Shown here: piece by piece, positions 1-8,018 of the stretch
Layout: the number at the start of each line of letters is the position of its first letter
Numbering within the stretch: the first letter of the stretch is position 1
Source: Chloroflexota bacterium
GTDB lineage: Bacteria > Chloroflexota > UBA6077 > JAJPHF01
Assembly: GCA_019686175.1 (NCBI GenBank)
Contig: JADGHJ010000001.1
Coordinates: 1 to 48,153, forward strand
Length of the DNA: 48,153 bases
Reading direction: 5' to 3'
Notes under the pieces: generated by a model
Seen by the model: only the letters and a program-made list of their open reading frames with translations
Databases searched by the model: none
Told to the model about the DNA's origin: nothing
Position numbers and translations under genes: made by a program

Positions 1-968
1 AGCACCCGCACGACCGTTTCCACGCCGGAGAGGTTCAGCTCGGCGTTGAGCGGCACGACACGGCCGGGGTTCTGGCCGAAATACAGGTCCCACGTGCGCC
101 CGAGCTCCTCGGGGCTCGTATGGAGCGCCGCGCTGCCGATCGCGATCGCCTCCGCGCGGTTGGCGGGGTCGTGCAGCCAGCGGTGGGCGGCGGCCATGGC
201 GCGCATGAAGCGCACGGTCTTCTCGCGGTTCTGCTCGGCCGCGCTGCGGCGCACCGCGTAGGTGGTGAACTGGTAGTCCAGGTCCGTGGTGTAGCCGAGG
301 ATCCGGTAGCCCTCATCGATGGCCCGGAAGTCGGCGGGCTGGCCCAGGATAGCGCCATCGACGACGCCGTTGGCCAGGGCGGCGTAGCGATTGGGCGTGC
401 CGCCGAGCGGCTGGAGGTCGTAGTCCTCCTCGCGGATGCCGTGGGTGCCGAGCAGCAGCTTGAGCAGGATCGTGCTCCCGCCGCGCAGGTCGGGCACGGC
501 GAGCTTCTTGCCGCGGATGTCCTCCCAGCGTTGGACGTTGGCGCGCACGGCGAGGGCGTAGGGGGGCCGGTTCATATTGCCGCCGATGGCCACGATATCC
601 CCGCCCTGATCGACCGCGCGGGCGATGGCGTCCATGGCCGCCTCGGCGAAGTCGACGGAGCCGCCGAGCAGCGCCTGGGCCGAGCGCGCGTCGGTCTCGG
701 TGACGGTCCAATCCAGGCGAATCCCATACTGCGCGCCGATGGGGCCGTCGCGCACGACTACGAACGGCCAGGGCAGCGCCGTCAGTGCCGGGACCGCGAC
801 TTCGAGATTGAGCGGCGCGGGGGTGGCGGCGGCCGGCGACGCAGATGCTGCTCCACGGTCCGCGGCGGGCGCGGTGGGCTGGGAGTTGGCGGGTGGAGCG
901 GCGCCAGGGCTGCAGGCCGCGACGAGCAGGCCGAGGCCGAGAGCGAGGGCGAGGATCGAGCGGTGCAT
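1..968 (-). CDS. NMT1/THI5-like ABC transporter substrate-binding lipoprotein (NitT/TauT family); 3' end runs off the left edge
   Basis: The frame is open to position 1, so it is absent from the ORF track. My reverse-strand translation from ATG 968-966 reads MHRSILALALGLGLLVAACSPGAAPP (signal peptide plus lipobox LVAAC). It continues ...WPFVVVRDGPIGAQYGIRLDWTV...DFAEAAMDAIARAVDQGGDIVAIGG...GKKLAVPDLRGGSTILLKLLLGTHGI. GGGAG lies 6 nt upstream of the ATG. It resembles the other binding proteins in this window. Confidence 0.8.
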   Translation of the reverse strand, partial: MHRSILALALGLGLLVAACSPGAAPPANSQPTAPAADRGAASASPAAATPAPLNLEVAVPALTALPWPFVVVRDGPIGAQYGIRLDWTVTETDARSAQALLGGSVDFAEAAMDAIARAVDQGGDIVAIGGNMNRPPYALAVRANVQRWEDIRGKKLAVPDLRGGSTILLKLLLGTHGIREEDYDLQPLGGTPNRYAALANGVVDGAILGQPADFRAIDEGYRILGYTTDLDYQFTTYAVRRSAAEQNREKTVRFMRAMAAAHRWLHDPANRAEAIAIGSAALHTSPEELGRTWDLYFGQNPGRVVPLNAELNLSGVETVVRV

Positions 969-1078
969 TCGATGCTCCCACGCAGAGGTACGCTGGCGGA
1001 CGATTCGGAAGACTATACGCCCGTGCAGGCGCCGCGGCAATCCGGGGCTCCCTGCGGGTATCGGCAGGCAAGTCGCCC

Positions 1079-1108
1079 TTGTCGGCCGCGAGTGAGGTGT
1101 GCTATAAA
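1079..1108 (+). promoter_or_regulatory. candidate sigma70-type promoter of the tRNA gene
   Basis: TTGTCG (1079-1084), 18-nt spacer, TATAAA (1103-1108). The predicted start lies a few nt before the mature tRNA 5' end at 1119. The site sits in a locally AT-rich patch. Confidence 0.5.
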
Positions 1109-1118
1109 GATGCGTCAC

Positions 1119-1195
1119 GCGCGAGTAGCTCAGCGGATTAGAGCGCAGCCCTGCGGAGGCTGAGGCCGGGGGTTCGAGTCCCCCCTCGCGTGCCA
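1119..1195 (+). tRNA. tRNA-Arg, anticodon GCG as read, CCA encoded
   Basis: Hand-folded cloverleaf: acceptor GCGCGAG/CTCGCGT (G1-U72 wobble), D arm GCTC-AGCGGATTA-GAGC, anticodon arm CAGCC-CTGCGGA-GGCTG, variable AGGCC, T arm GGGGG-TTCGAGT-CCCCC, discriminator G, CCA at 1193-1195. The overall sequence closely resembles bacterial tRNA-Arg(CCG) types. Confidence 0.85.
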
Positions 1196-1303
1196 CTTCT
1201 TTCTCATTCCGACCATGCAGGTACCGTATCTTGCCTCGTCGGCGGTGCTGGTGGGCAGTCCGCACTCCGCGCTCGTCCAGTCCTCGCCTCGTCTCCCAGT
1301 CGC

Positions 1304-1948
1304 ATGAGACGACGGCTGGTTGCGGATCGGTTCCGGCGGGTGTGGGCGCTGGTAGAGTATATCGTCCGCCATCCCGGGTGCCATCGGCGTGAACTGGCTC
1401 GCCACTTCGCCCTCTCCGAGCGCCAGCTGCAGGCCGACCTCGAGATGATCCGCCGCGAGCTGGGCCTGCCGCTAGTACGGCGGCAGGGCTACCGCTTCCT
1501 CGAGGGCGATGCGCCAGCGCCGTTGGGCTTGCCGGACCTCTGTCTACTCGGGCGCCTCTTGCAGCACGCGGCGGCCGGGCGGCTGGCCTCGTCGGAGGCG
1601 ATTAGCGCGCTGGCCGAGCGGCTGATCGCCACCCTGCCGGCGCATCTGCGACCTCTAGCCAGCGCGGCGCTCGCGCCTGCCAAGGGCCGCCCCTCCGACA
1701 CCGCACGCGAGCGCGCACTCGAGCTGCTCGCCCAAGGCGCGGCAGGCGGGCGGCCGATACGGCTGCGCTATCAGCCGGTCGTGCGCGGGCCGGTGTGGGA
1801 AGCGCTGATCGATCTGGAGGCCATGCTGCCGTATGGCGAGGGCCTGTACCTCCTGGGCCACTGCCGCCTGCGTCGGAAGGCGGTCATGATCGACTTGGAC
1901 ACAGTGCTCCACGCCTGGCTCGACGACGAGGCGCCGGTCACCTCATGA
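1304..1948 (+). CDS. HTH + WYL domain transcriptional regulator (YafY/PafBC-like, short form)
   Basis: Part of ORF 1190-1948, taken from ATG 1304. The N-terminal winged HTH reads RFRRVWALVEYIVRHPGCHRRELARHFALSERQLQADLEMIRRELGLPLVRRQGYRF. The C-terminal WYL-type module reads RPIRLRYQPVVRGPVWEALIDLEAMLPYGEGLYLLGHCRLRRKAVMIDLDTV. The start codon choice is uncertain because no clear SD is present. Confidence 0.7.
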   Translation: MRRRLVADRFRRVWALVEYIVRHPGCHRRELARHFALSERQLQADLEMIRRELGLPLVRRQGYRFLEGDAPAPLGLPDLCLLGRLLQHAAAGRLASSEAISALAERLIATLPAHLRPLASAALAPAKGRPSDTARERALELLAQGAAGGRPIRLRYQPVVRGPVWEALIDLEAMLPYGEGLYLLGHCRLRRKAVMIDLDTVLHAWLDDEAPVTS

Positions 1949-2375
1949 GCAGCAGGGCGAGCAGCAGCCCGAGCAGCGCTCCCACGAACACCTCGACGGG
2001 CGTGTGCCCGATCAGTTCGCGCAGGCGCTTCTCGTTGAAGCGTTGTTCGACGAAGATCTCGTCGAGCATGCGGTTGAGAATCCGCGCCTGGGCGCTGACG
2101 GCCTGGCGGACGCCTGCCGCATCGTACATCACGATCGCGGCGAACACCAGTGCGATGGCGAACAGGGGGGACCGCAGGCCCTCGGTGATGGCCACCCCGG
2201 CGGCGAGGGCCGTCACCAGCGCCGAGTGCGCGCTGGGCATTCCCCCCGAGCTCACCAGATGGCGCAGGTTGATGCGCCGGTCGCGCCACAGGTAGATCAA
2301 CACCTTCAGCGTCTGTGCAACCAGCCAGGCGCCCAGTGCCACGAGCAAGATCCGATTGGCTAGCAGCTCGCCCAC
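1938..2375 (-). CDS. divergent PAP2 / DUF212 family membrane protein (acid phosphatase/vanadium-haloperoxidase related)
   Basis: ORF 1938-2375. Motifs: SSGGMPSAHSALVTALA, MYDAAGVRQAVSAQARILN and ELIGHTPVEVFVGALLG, with 3-4 hydrophobic helices. The 3' end overlaps the WYL gene convergently by 11 nt. Confidence 0.8.
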   Translation of the reverse strand: MGELLANRILLVALGAWLVAQTLKVLIYLWRDRRINLRHLVSSGGMPSAHSALVTALAAGVAITEGLRSPLFAIALVFAAIVMYDAAGVRQAVSAQARILNRMLDEIFVEQRFNEKRLRELIGHTPVEVFVGALLGLLLALLLMR

Positions 2376-2440
2376 AGTTGGCGCTCGTCCGCTTCTCCGC
2401 GCGATTCGCCGCAGGACGTCAGCAGGGACCGTCCGGGTGC

Positions 2441-2704
2441 TTAGAACGGCACGTCGTCCGTGTCGGCGGCGCAGCTATCGTCGTCCGTCGCCTCGCACGG
2501 CCCGGCACCATCCGGTTCCTGCAGGAGCTGCGTGATACGCAAGTCGGCGGCATCGAGCAGGCTGTTGCAGTGGGCGACCAGCCGCATGCCCTCTTCGAAG
2601 CGCGCCAGTGCCTCTTCGAGCGTCAGGCCGCCCTCCTCCAGCGCGCTGACACATGCTTCGAGCTGTTGCAGGGCGGCTTCGAACGACAGGGGGCTGAGAC
2701 TCAT
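2441..2704 (-). CDS. xseB: exodeoxyribonuclease VII small subunit
   Basis: 87-aa ORF reading SFEAALQQLEACVSALEEGGLTLEEALARFEEGMRLVAHCNSLLDAAD, a typical XseB helical hairpin. It starts 4 nt after the xseA stop. Confidence 0.9.
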   Translation of the reverse strand: MSLSPLSFEAALQQLEACVSALEEGGLTLEEALARFEEGMRLVAHCNSLLDAADLRITQLLQEPDGAGPCEATDDDSCAADTDDVPF

Positions 2705-2707
2705 GGC

Positions 2708-3976
2708 TCATCTCTCCGCGTGCGAGGGGGCGGCCGACGGAACGCTGGGCATCACCTGCTCGACGTGCGCCTGCAAACTGCCACGATAGAGGCGGACGAC
2801 GATCGAGGCGGACGGGGTGACCTGATCGGCTGCCGTGAGGACTGTGCCCCGCCGCGCATCGTAGCACAGCGCGTAGCCGCGCGCGAGGGTTGTCTCGGGG
2901 CTGAGGGCCAGGAGCTGGAGCCGGCGCGCCTCCACCCGAGCCGCGCGTGTGCGCAGCTCCTGGCGCATCAGTAGTCGCGCGCGGCTGTCCAGCTCGTCGA
3001 CACGCTGGCGCTGCCGGGCCAGCTGCACGCGCGGCGAGTGGCGCAGCAGGTGGTGCTGCTGCGCCGTGGTGGCGTGCCGCAGGGCCTGCACGGCAGCCTG
3101 CGCCGCAGCTCCCAGACGCTGTCGGTAGCCGCGCAGGGTCTCGCGCAAGGCGCGGGCATCGGGGGTGACCAGCTCGGCGGCCGCCGAGGGGGTTGGCGCC
3201 CGCAGATCGGCCACCGCGTCGGCGATGGTGTAGTCGGTCTCGTGGCCGATCGCGCTGACCACCGGAATGGCCGAGGCGAAGATGGCGCGCGCCACCCGCT
3301 CGTCGTTGAACGCGGCCAGCTCTTCCGGCGCGCCGCCGCCGCGCGCCAGGATGATCACATCGATCGCCTCGTGCTGCCGCTGGGACGGCAGGCGACAAGG
3401 GGCGAACTCGTTCAGCCGCTGCAGCGCCGCCACGATCTGCTGAGGCGCGTCGTCGCCCTGGACCGCGCAGTCGACGAGGACTAGCTCCACCAGCGGGTAC
3501 CGCCGGGCCAGGACGCGGGCGATGTCGTGGCGCACAGCGCCGGTGGCCGAGGTGGCCAGGCCGATCCGACGGGGGTAGGCGGGCAGTGGCCGCTTGCGCT
3601 CGGCCGCGAACAGCCCCTCGGCTTCCAGCCGGCGGTACAACAGCTCGAACTGCAGCCGCCAGGCGCCGACGCCTTCCTGCTCGACCAGGTCGGCGTAGAG
3701 CTGGAACAGACTGCGGGCCTCGTAGAGGTCGATGGCGCCATGGGCAACGACCGCCTGGCCCGCTTCCAGCCGGGCCTTGAGATAGCGGGCGTCGCCACGG
3801 AACATCACGCAGTCGAGCTGGGCGGTCTCGTCGCGCAGGCAGAAGTAGATATGGCCCGAGCGCGCGTAGGTCACGCTAGCGATCTCGCCCCGCACCCAGA
3901 GGTCGGACAGCAGCGGGTCGCGGCGCAGCAGGGCGCGCGCCTGTGCGTACACGTCGGCGACCTCGAAGATCCGCAC
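2708..3976 (-). CDS. xseA: exodeoxyribonuclease VII large subunit
   Basis: In-frame part of ORF 2708-4174. The N-terminal OB fold reads LWVRGEIASVTYARSGHIYFCLRDE, followed by IGLATSATGAVRHDI, ILARGGGAPEEL and VSAIGHETDYTIAD. I place the start at GTG 3976 because GAGGAGG (3988-3982) lies 5 nt upstream. The longer track ORF overlaps the upstream gene. Confidence 0.9.
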   Translation of the reverse strand: MRIFEVADVYAQARALLRRDPLLSDLWVRGEIASVTYARSGHIYFCLRDETAQLDCVMFRGDARYLKARLEAGQAVVAHGAIDLYEARSLFQLYADLVEQEGVGAWRLQFELLYRRLEAEGLFAAERKRPLPAYPRRIGLATSATGAVRHDIARVLARRYPLVELVLVDCAVQGDDAPQQIVAALQRLNEFAPCRLPSQRQHEAIDVIILARGGGAPEELAAFNDERVARAIFASAIPVVSAIGHETDYTIADAVADLRAPTPSAAAELVTPDARALRETLRGYRQRLGAAAQAAVQALRHATTAQQHHLLRHSPRVQLARQRQRVDELDSRARLLMRQELRTRAARVEARRLQLLALSPETTLARGYALCYDARRGTVLTAADQVTPSASIVVRLYRGSLQAHVEQVMPSVPSAAPSHAER

Positions 3977-3986
3977 GGCGACCTCC

Positions 3987-4484
3987 TCATGCCCCGCGGG
4001 CGGACGCATCGTCGTCGGCGGCCGGGGGGAGCGGCTCCAGCTCGACCAGCGGTTGGCCGTATTCGACAGCTTGGCCGCTCTCCGCCAGGAACCGCCGCAC
4101 GCGGCCGTCCGCGGGCGCCTCGACCGGATGCGGCATGCGCAGCACCTCGACGATGCCGAGCACTTGCCCCGCACGCACCACAGCGCCTTCCGCGACCACG
4201 GGCGGGGCGCCCGCTTCCAGGCCCCGGTGGAACAAGCCCACCGCTGGCGCGCCGATCACGAGCGGCGCCGCGGGCGGCTCGGGTGGAGGGGGTGCTGGCG
4301 TGGGCAGCCCATCCTCGCGCCGGATATAGAGCCGCTCCGCGCCCACCGCCAGCTCCAGCTCCTCCACGCCGCAGCTTCGCAGCCAGCGCACCAGCTCGCG
4401 CAAGCGCTCGGGGGTAAGGCGGCCACGCACCGCGTGGCGCCTACGGCCCCGGGGCCGGGATGGCCCAACGTCGGCCAGCGTCAC
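3987..4484 (-). CDS. biotin carboxyl carrier protein (BCCP)-like protein lacking the biotinyl-lysine
   Basis: C-terminal 165 codons of track ORF 3987-5108. The layout is a BCCP-like N-terminal region (LRELVRWLRSCGVEELELAVGAERLYIRRE), a Pro/Ala linker and a biotinyl/lipoyl barrel (GAPAVGLFHRG...VRAGQVLGIVEVLRMPHPVEAPADGRVRRFLAESGQAVEYGQPLVELE). GTG 4484 overlaps the upstream TGA in a GTGA overlap. The start is inferred. Confidence 0.7.
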   Translation of the reverse strand: MTLADVGPSRPRGRRRHAVRGRLTPERLRELVRWLRSCGVEELELAVGAERLYIRREDGLPTPAPPPPEPPAAPLVIGAPAVGLFHRGLEAGAPPVVAEGAVVRAGQVLGIVEVLRMPHPVEAPADGRVRRFLAESGQAVEYGQPLVELEPLPPAADDDASARGA

Positions 4485-5662
4485 GGCGCAGCGGGCGCCG
4501 GCGCGCGGTCGGCGGAGGTCAGCGCTTGCCGGACGTCGTCGAGCGAGAGGTGCTTTGGCGAGCGGCACAGCACGCGGCAGCCGTCCTCGGTGAGCAGCAC
4601 CAGGTCCTCGATGCGCACCCCGCCCCAACCGGGCAGGTAGATGCCCGGCTCGACGCTGAACACCATGCCCGGCCGCAGGACCATGTCGCCCTTGGCCCGT
4701 GAGACCCACGGCGGCTCGTGGACCTCCAGGCCGATGCCATGCCCCAGGCCGTGCCCAAACGCCTCGCCGTAGCCGCGGCTGGCGATGAAGTCGCGGGCGA
4801 TGGCGTCGGCCTCGCGGCCGGTCATCCCCGGGCGGATCTGCCGCTCCGCCAGCAGCTGCGCTTCCAGCACGATGTCGCGGATCTCCTGCAGGCGCTCGGG
4901 GATCGGCCCGATGCACACCGTGCGCGTCATGTCCGAGCAGTAGTGATCGACCAGGGCGCCGATGTCCATGATGATCGGCTCGCCTTCCTGCAGGGGCCGG
5001 TCGGCGGGCACCGCGTGGGGGATCGCCGTCTGCGGGCCGCCGACGGTGATCGGGGCGAACGACACGCCCTCGGAGCCGTGCGTGCGCAAGTACGCCTCCA
5101 ACTCCCACGCTAGGCGGCGCTCGGTCACCCCGGGCTCGATGAACCGCGCCAGGTGGGCGAAAGCGTCGTCGAGCACGTCGATGGCCGCCTGGAGGGCGCG
5201 TAGCTCGCTGGGGTCCTTGATGATCCGCAGCGTGTCCACCAGGTCTGTCTGCGGGACCAGCTCGATGCTCGGGTCGAGCGCCGCGCGGAGGTCGGTGAAC
5301 ACTTGATACGGCAGGTGGATCGCCTCGAAGGCGAGCCGCTTCACGCCCAGCTTGGCCGCCAGCTCGGCGACCGTCTCCATGGCCCGCTGGCCGGCCGGGT
5401 ACTGGATCACCTCGTAGCTGGTCGCCTCCTGCTCGGCTTGCTGGGTCGTGCGCATGTCGGTGAGCAGCAGCAGGCGGTCGGCGGTGATCAGCAGGTAGCC
5501 CGCCGAGTCGCGCGGGGGCAGGTCATGCCCCCGGTAGCCGCTCAGGTAGTAGCGCGATTCCGGCTGGGAGATCAGCACGGCGTGGAGCTGACGCTCGGCG
5601 AGCAGGGCACGCAGGCGCGCCACGCGCCCCAAGATGTCCGTCTGTGCGATCGCGGTAGTCAT
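4481..5662 (-). CDS. M24 family Xaa-Pro aminopeptidase/dipeptidase
   Basis: In-frame part of ORF 4481-6148 from ATG 5662, with AAGGAGG upstream. It starts [21 protein letters not shown], has a creatinase-like N domain, and carries the M24 metal-ligand motifs [18 protein letters not shown] and VFSVEPGIY. The ATG overlaps the topA stop in an ATGA overlap. Confidence 0.9.
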   Translation of the reverse strand: MTTAIAQTDILGRVARLRALLAERQLHAVLISQPESRYYLSGYRGHDLPPRDSAGYLLITADRLLLLTDMRTTQQAEQEATSYEVIQYPAGQRAMETVAELAAKLGVKRLAFEAIHLPYQVFTDLRAALDPSIELVPQTDLVDTLRIIKDPSELRALQAAIDVLDDAFAHLARFIEPGVTERRLAWELEAYLRTHGSEGVSFAPITVGGPQTAIPHAVPADRPLQEGEPIIMDIGALVDHYCSDMTRTVCIGPIPERLQEIRDIVLEAQLLAERQIRPGMTGREADAIARDFIASRGYGEAFGHGLGHGIGLEVHEPPWVSRAKGDMVLRPGMVFSVEPGIYLPGWGGVRIEDLVLLTEDGCRVLCRSPKHLSLDDVRQALTSADRAPAPAAP

Positions 5663-7935
5663 GTGTTGCGGCCTCCTTTGCCGCCGGCGGCGACGGCCGA
5701 GCGTGTCCGACTCTTGGTCCCGGCCACGGCGCGGGTGCGGCCCGCGGCGCGTGTGGTGGTGGGAGTGCGCGACCGGCGGGTGCTGGTGACCGCGCCATTG
5801 GTGGTCGCGACCTTCACGCGGCCATTGGCCGCTGCCGGCTCGGGCTGCGGGCTGCACGTCAGGCAGCGGCGCCGGTCGCGGCCGGCCTCGACCTGGAGGC
5901 CGCCGCAGGTCGGACACGGCTCGGGCACGGGCTTGGCCCAGCTCGTCCAGTTGCAGGTCGGGAAGTGCGCGCACCCGTAGAATACTCGCTTGGTGCGCGT
6001 CCGCTTCTCCACGATCTCGCCGCCACACTCTGGGCAGGGCACTCCGAGCTTCACCTGGAGCGACTTGGCATTGCGGCACTCCGGGAAGCCCGGGCAGGCC
6101 AGGAAGCGGCCGAAGCGGCCCAGCTTGATCACCATGTTGCGCCCGCACTTCTCGCAGACCTCGTCGGTCGGCTCGTCGGGCGGCTTGACCCGCTCCAGGC
6201 GCTGCTCGGCGTGCTCCAGGCGCTGCTGGAACGGCTCGTAGAACTCACGCACCACCGGTACCCACTGCCGCTCCCCGCGGGCGATCTCGTCTAGCTCCTC
6301 CTCCATGTTGGCCGTGAAGTCCACGTCCACCACATCGGGGAAGTGCTCGACCAGCAGGTCGTTGACCAAGATGCCCAGCTCGGTGGGGTGCAGCCGCTTG
6401 TCGATCCGCTCGACGTAGCCGCGCTCCTGGATCGTAGCGAGAATCGGCGCGTAGGTCGAGGGGCGCCCGATGCCACGCTCCTCCAGCGCCTTGACCAGGG
6501 TCGCCTCTGAGTAGCGCGGGGGCGGCTCGGTGAAATGTTGCTCCGGCAGCAGCGCCAGCAGGTCGAGCGGCTCCTCCACCCGCAGCGCGGGCAGTGGCTT
6601 GCGCTCGGCGTCGTCGGCCGCGTCGGTCTCGTCGCGCCCCTCGGTGTACAGTGCCAGGAAGCCGGGGAACTTCAGCCGCGAGCCGGTAGCCCGGAACAGG
6701 AAGCGATCGTCCGGGTCGGCCGGCGGCCGCGCCTCGACCTCGACGGTGGTGACGTCGAAGATGGCGGAGGCCATCTGGCTCGCCACGAACCGCTTCCAGA
6801 TCAGGTCGTACAGCTTGTACTGATCGCTCGTCAGTCGGCCCTTGATACTGGCCGGGTCGCGGTACACCGAGGTCGGACGAATGGCCTCGTGCGCCTCCTG
6901 GGCCAGCCGGCTGCGCGTGCGGTAGACGCGCGGCTGAGGCGGCACGCGGTCGGCGCCGTAGTGCTCGGCGATGTACTGCCGAGCCTCGGCCTGCGCGGAC
7001 TCGGCGACCTGCGTGGAGTCGGTGCGCATATAGGTGATGAGCCCGACCTGCTCGCCGCCGAGGTCGACGCCCTCGTAGAGCTGCTGAGCGACCAGCATCG
7101 TGCGCTTGGCCGTGAAGCCGAGCTTGCGGCTGGCCTCCTGCTGCAAGGTGCTCGTGGTGAACGGCGCGCTGGGGTGGCGCTGCTGCTCCCGCTCGCGCAC
7201 ACTCGCCACACGGTAGGTCGCGCCCTCGAGGGCTGCGAGGATCGCCGCGGTCTCCTCCTGGCTGTGCAGCTCGACCTTCGCCCCGCGGCGCTCGACTAGG
7301 TTGGCCTGGAAGCGGTCGGCCTTGCCGCGCTTGCCCTGCTTGGCCAGGTCGGCGGCGATGGTCCAATACTCGACGGGCACGAACGCCTGGATCTCGCGCT
7401 CGCGCTCGACGATCAGGCGCACGGCGACCGATTGCACCCGGCCGGCGCTGAGCCCGCGGCGCACCTTCTTCCACAGCAGCGGGCTGAGCTGGTAGCCGAC
7501 CAGCCGATCGAGCACGCGGCGCGCCTGCTGCGCATCCACGCGCTGCCGGTCGATCTCGCGCGGGTGCTTCACCGCGGCGAGCACCGCCGACGAGGTGATC
7601 TCGTGGAACTCCACGCGCCGCACGGGCCGGTCGTGCAGGTCCATCGCCTCGACCAAGTGCCAGGCGATCGCCTCGCCCTCGCGGTCGGGGTCGGTCGCCA
7701 GGTAGACGGTATTCGCTTCGCGGGCCTGGGTCTTGAGGCTCTTGACGATCTCCCGTTTCTCCTTGGGCACGACGTACTGCGGCGCGAAGTCGTGCTCCAG
7801 GTCCAGGCCCAGCTTGCTCTTCGGCAGGTCGCGCACATGGCCCATGCAGGCGCGCACGGCGAAGTCGCGACCCAAGAAACGCTCGATCGTCTTGGCCTTG
7901 GTTGGCGACTCGACGATCACTAAATTCTTCGGCAC
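5659..7935 (-). CDS. topA: DNA topoisomerase I
   Basis: ORF 5659-7995. The TOPRIM motif is NLVIVESPTKAKTIERFLG, the active-site tyrosine motif is LITYMRTDS, three C-terminal C4 zinc ribbons are present (CEKCG..CPGFPEC, CPECGG..C..FPTC, CPTCGG..CLTC), and the tail is basic. Start placed at GTG 7935, with GGGAGGA 8 nt upstream. Confidence 0.93.
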   Translation of the reverse strand: MPKNLVIVESPTKAKTIERFLGRDFAVRACMGHVRDLPKSKLGLDLEHDFAPQYVVPKEKREIVKSLKTQAREANTVYLATDPDREGEAIAWHLVEAMDLHDRPVRRVEFHEITSSAVLAAVKHPREIDRQRVDAQQARRVLDRLVGYQLSPLLWKKVRRGLSAGRVQSVAVRLIVEREREIQAFVPVEYWTIAADLAKQGKRGKADRFQANLVERRGAKVELHSQEETAAILAALEGATYRVASVREREQQRHPSAPFTTSTLQQEASRKLGFTAKRTMLVAQQLYEGVDLGGEQVGLITYMRTDSTQVAESAQAEARQYIAEHYGADRVPPQPRVYRTRSRLAQEAHEAIRPTSVYRDPASIKGRLTSDQYKLYDLIWKRFVASQMASAIFDVTTVEVEARPPADPDDRFLFRATGSRLKFPGFLALYTEGRDETDAADDAERKPLPALRVEEPLDLLALLPEQHFTEPPPRYSEATLVKALEERGIGRPSTYAPILATIQERGYVERIDKRLHPTELGILVNDLLVEHFPDVVDVDFTANMEEELDEIARGERQWVPVVREFYEPFQQRLEHAEQRLERVKPPDEPTDEVCEKCGRNMVIKLGRFGRFLACPGFPECRNAKSLQVKLGVPCPECGGEIVEKRTRTKRVFYGCAHFPTCNWTSWAKPVPEPCPTCGGLQVEAGRDRRRCLTCSPQPEPAAANGRVKVATTNGAVTSTRRSRTPTTTRAAGRTRAVAGTKSRTRSAVAAGGKGGRNT

Positions 7936-8018
7936 GAGTTGATTCCTCCCGGTACGGAGTGGCTCGCCCGCGGGGCGACGCCCGCTGCCCCGCACCAGCC
8001 ATTCGATTCTAGAACGCT

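Noticed and set aside
120-1163. Long plus-strand ORF (347 aa) and similar long ORFs antisense to real genes. Examples: 313-1071, 6245-8002, 16942-18273, 21327-22388, 25133-26734, 37646-39229, 39879-41408, 45135-46112.
   Set aside because: Their translations are Arg/Pro/Gly/Ala-rich low-complexity strings with no family motifs. Each lies opposite a gene with clear motifs. Such shadow ORFs are expected at about 70% G+C.
1196-1303. Possible integrated mobile element next to tRNA-Arg.
   Set aside because: No integrase, excisionase or transposase ORF lies nearby. I found no repeat of the tRNA 3' end in the window, and the downstream genes are ordinary housekeeping genes.
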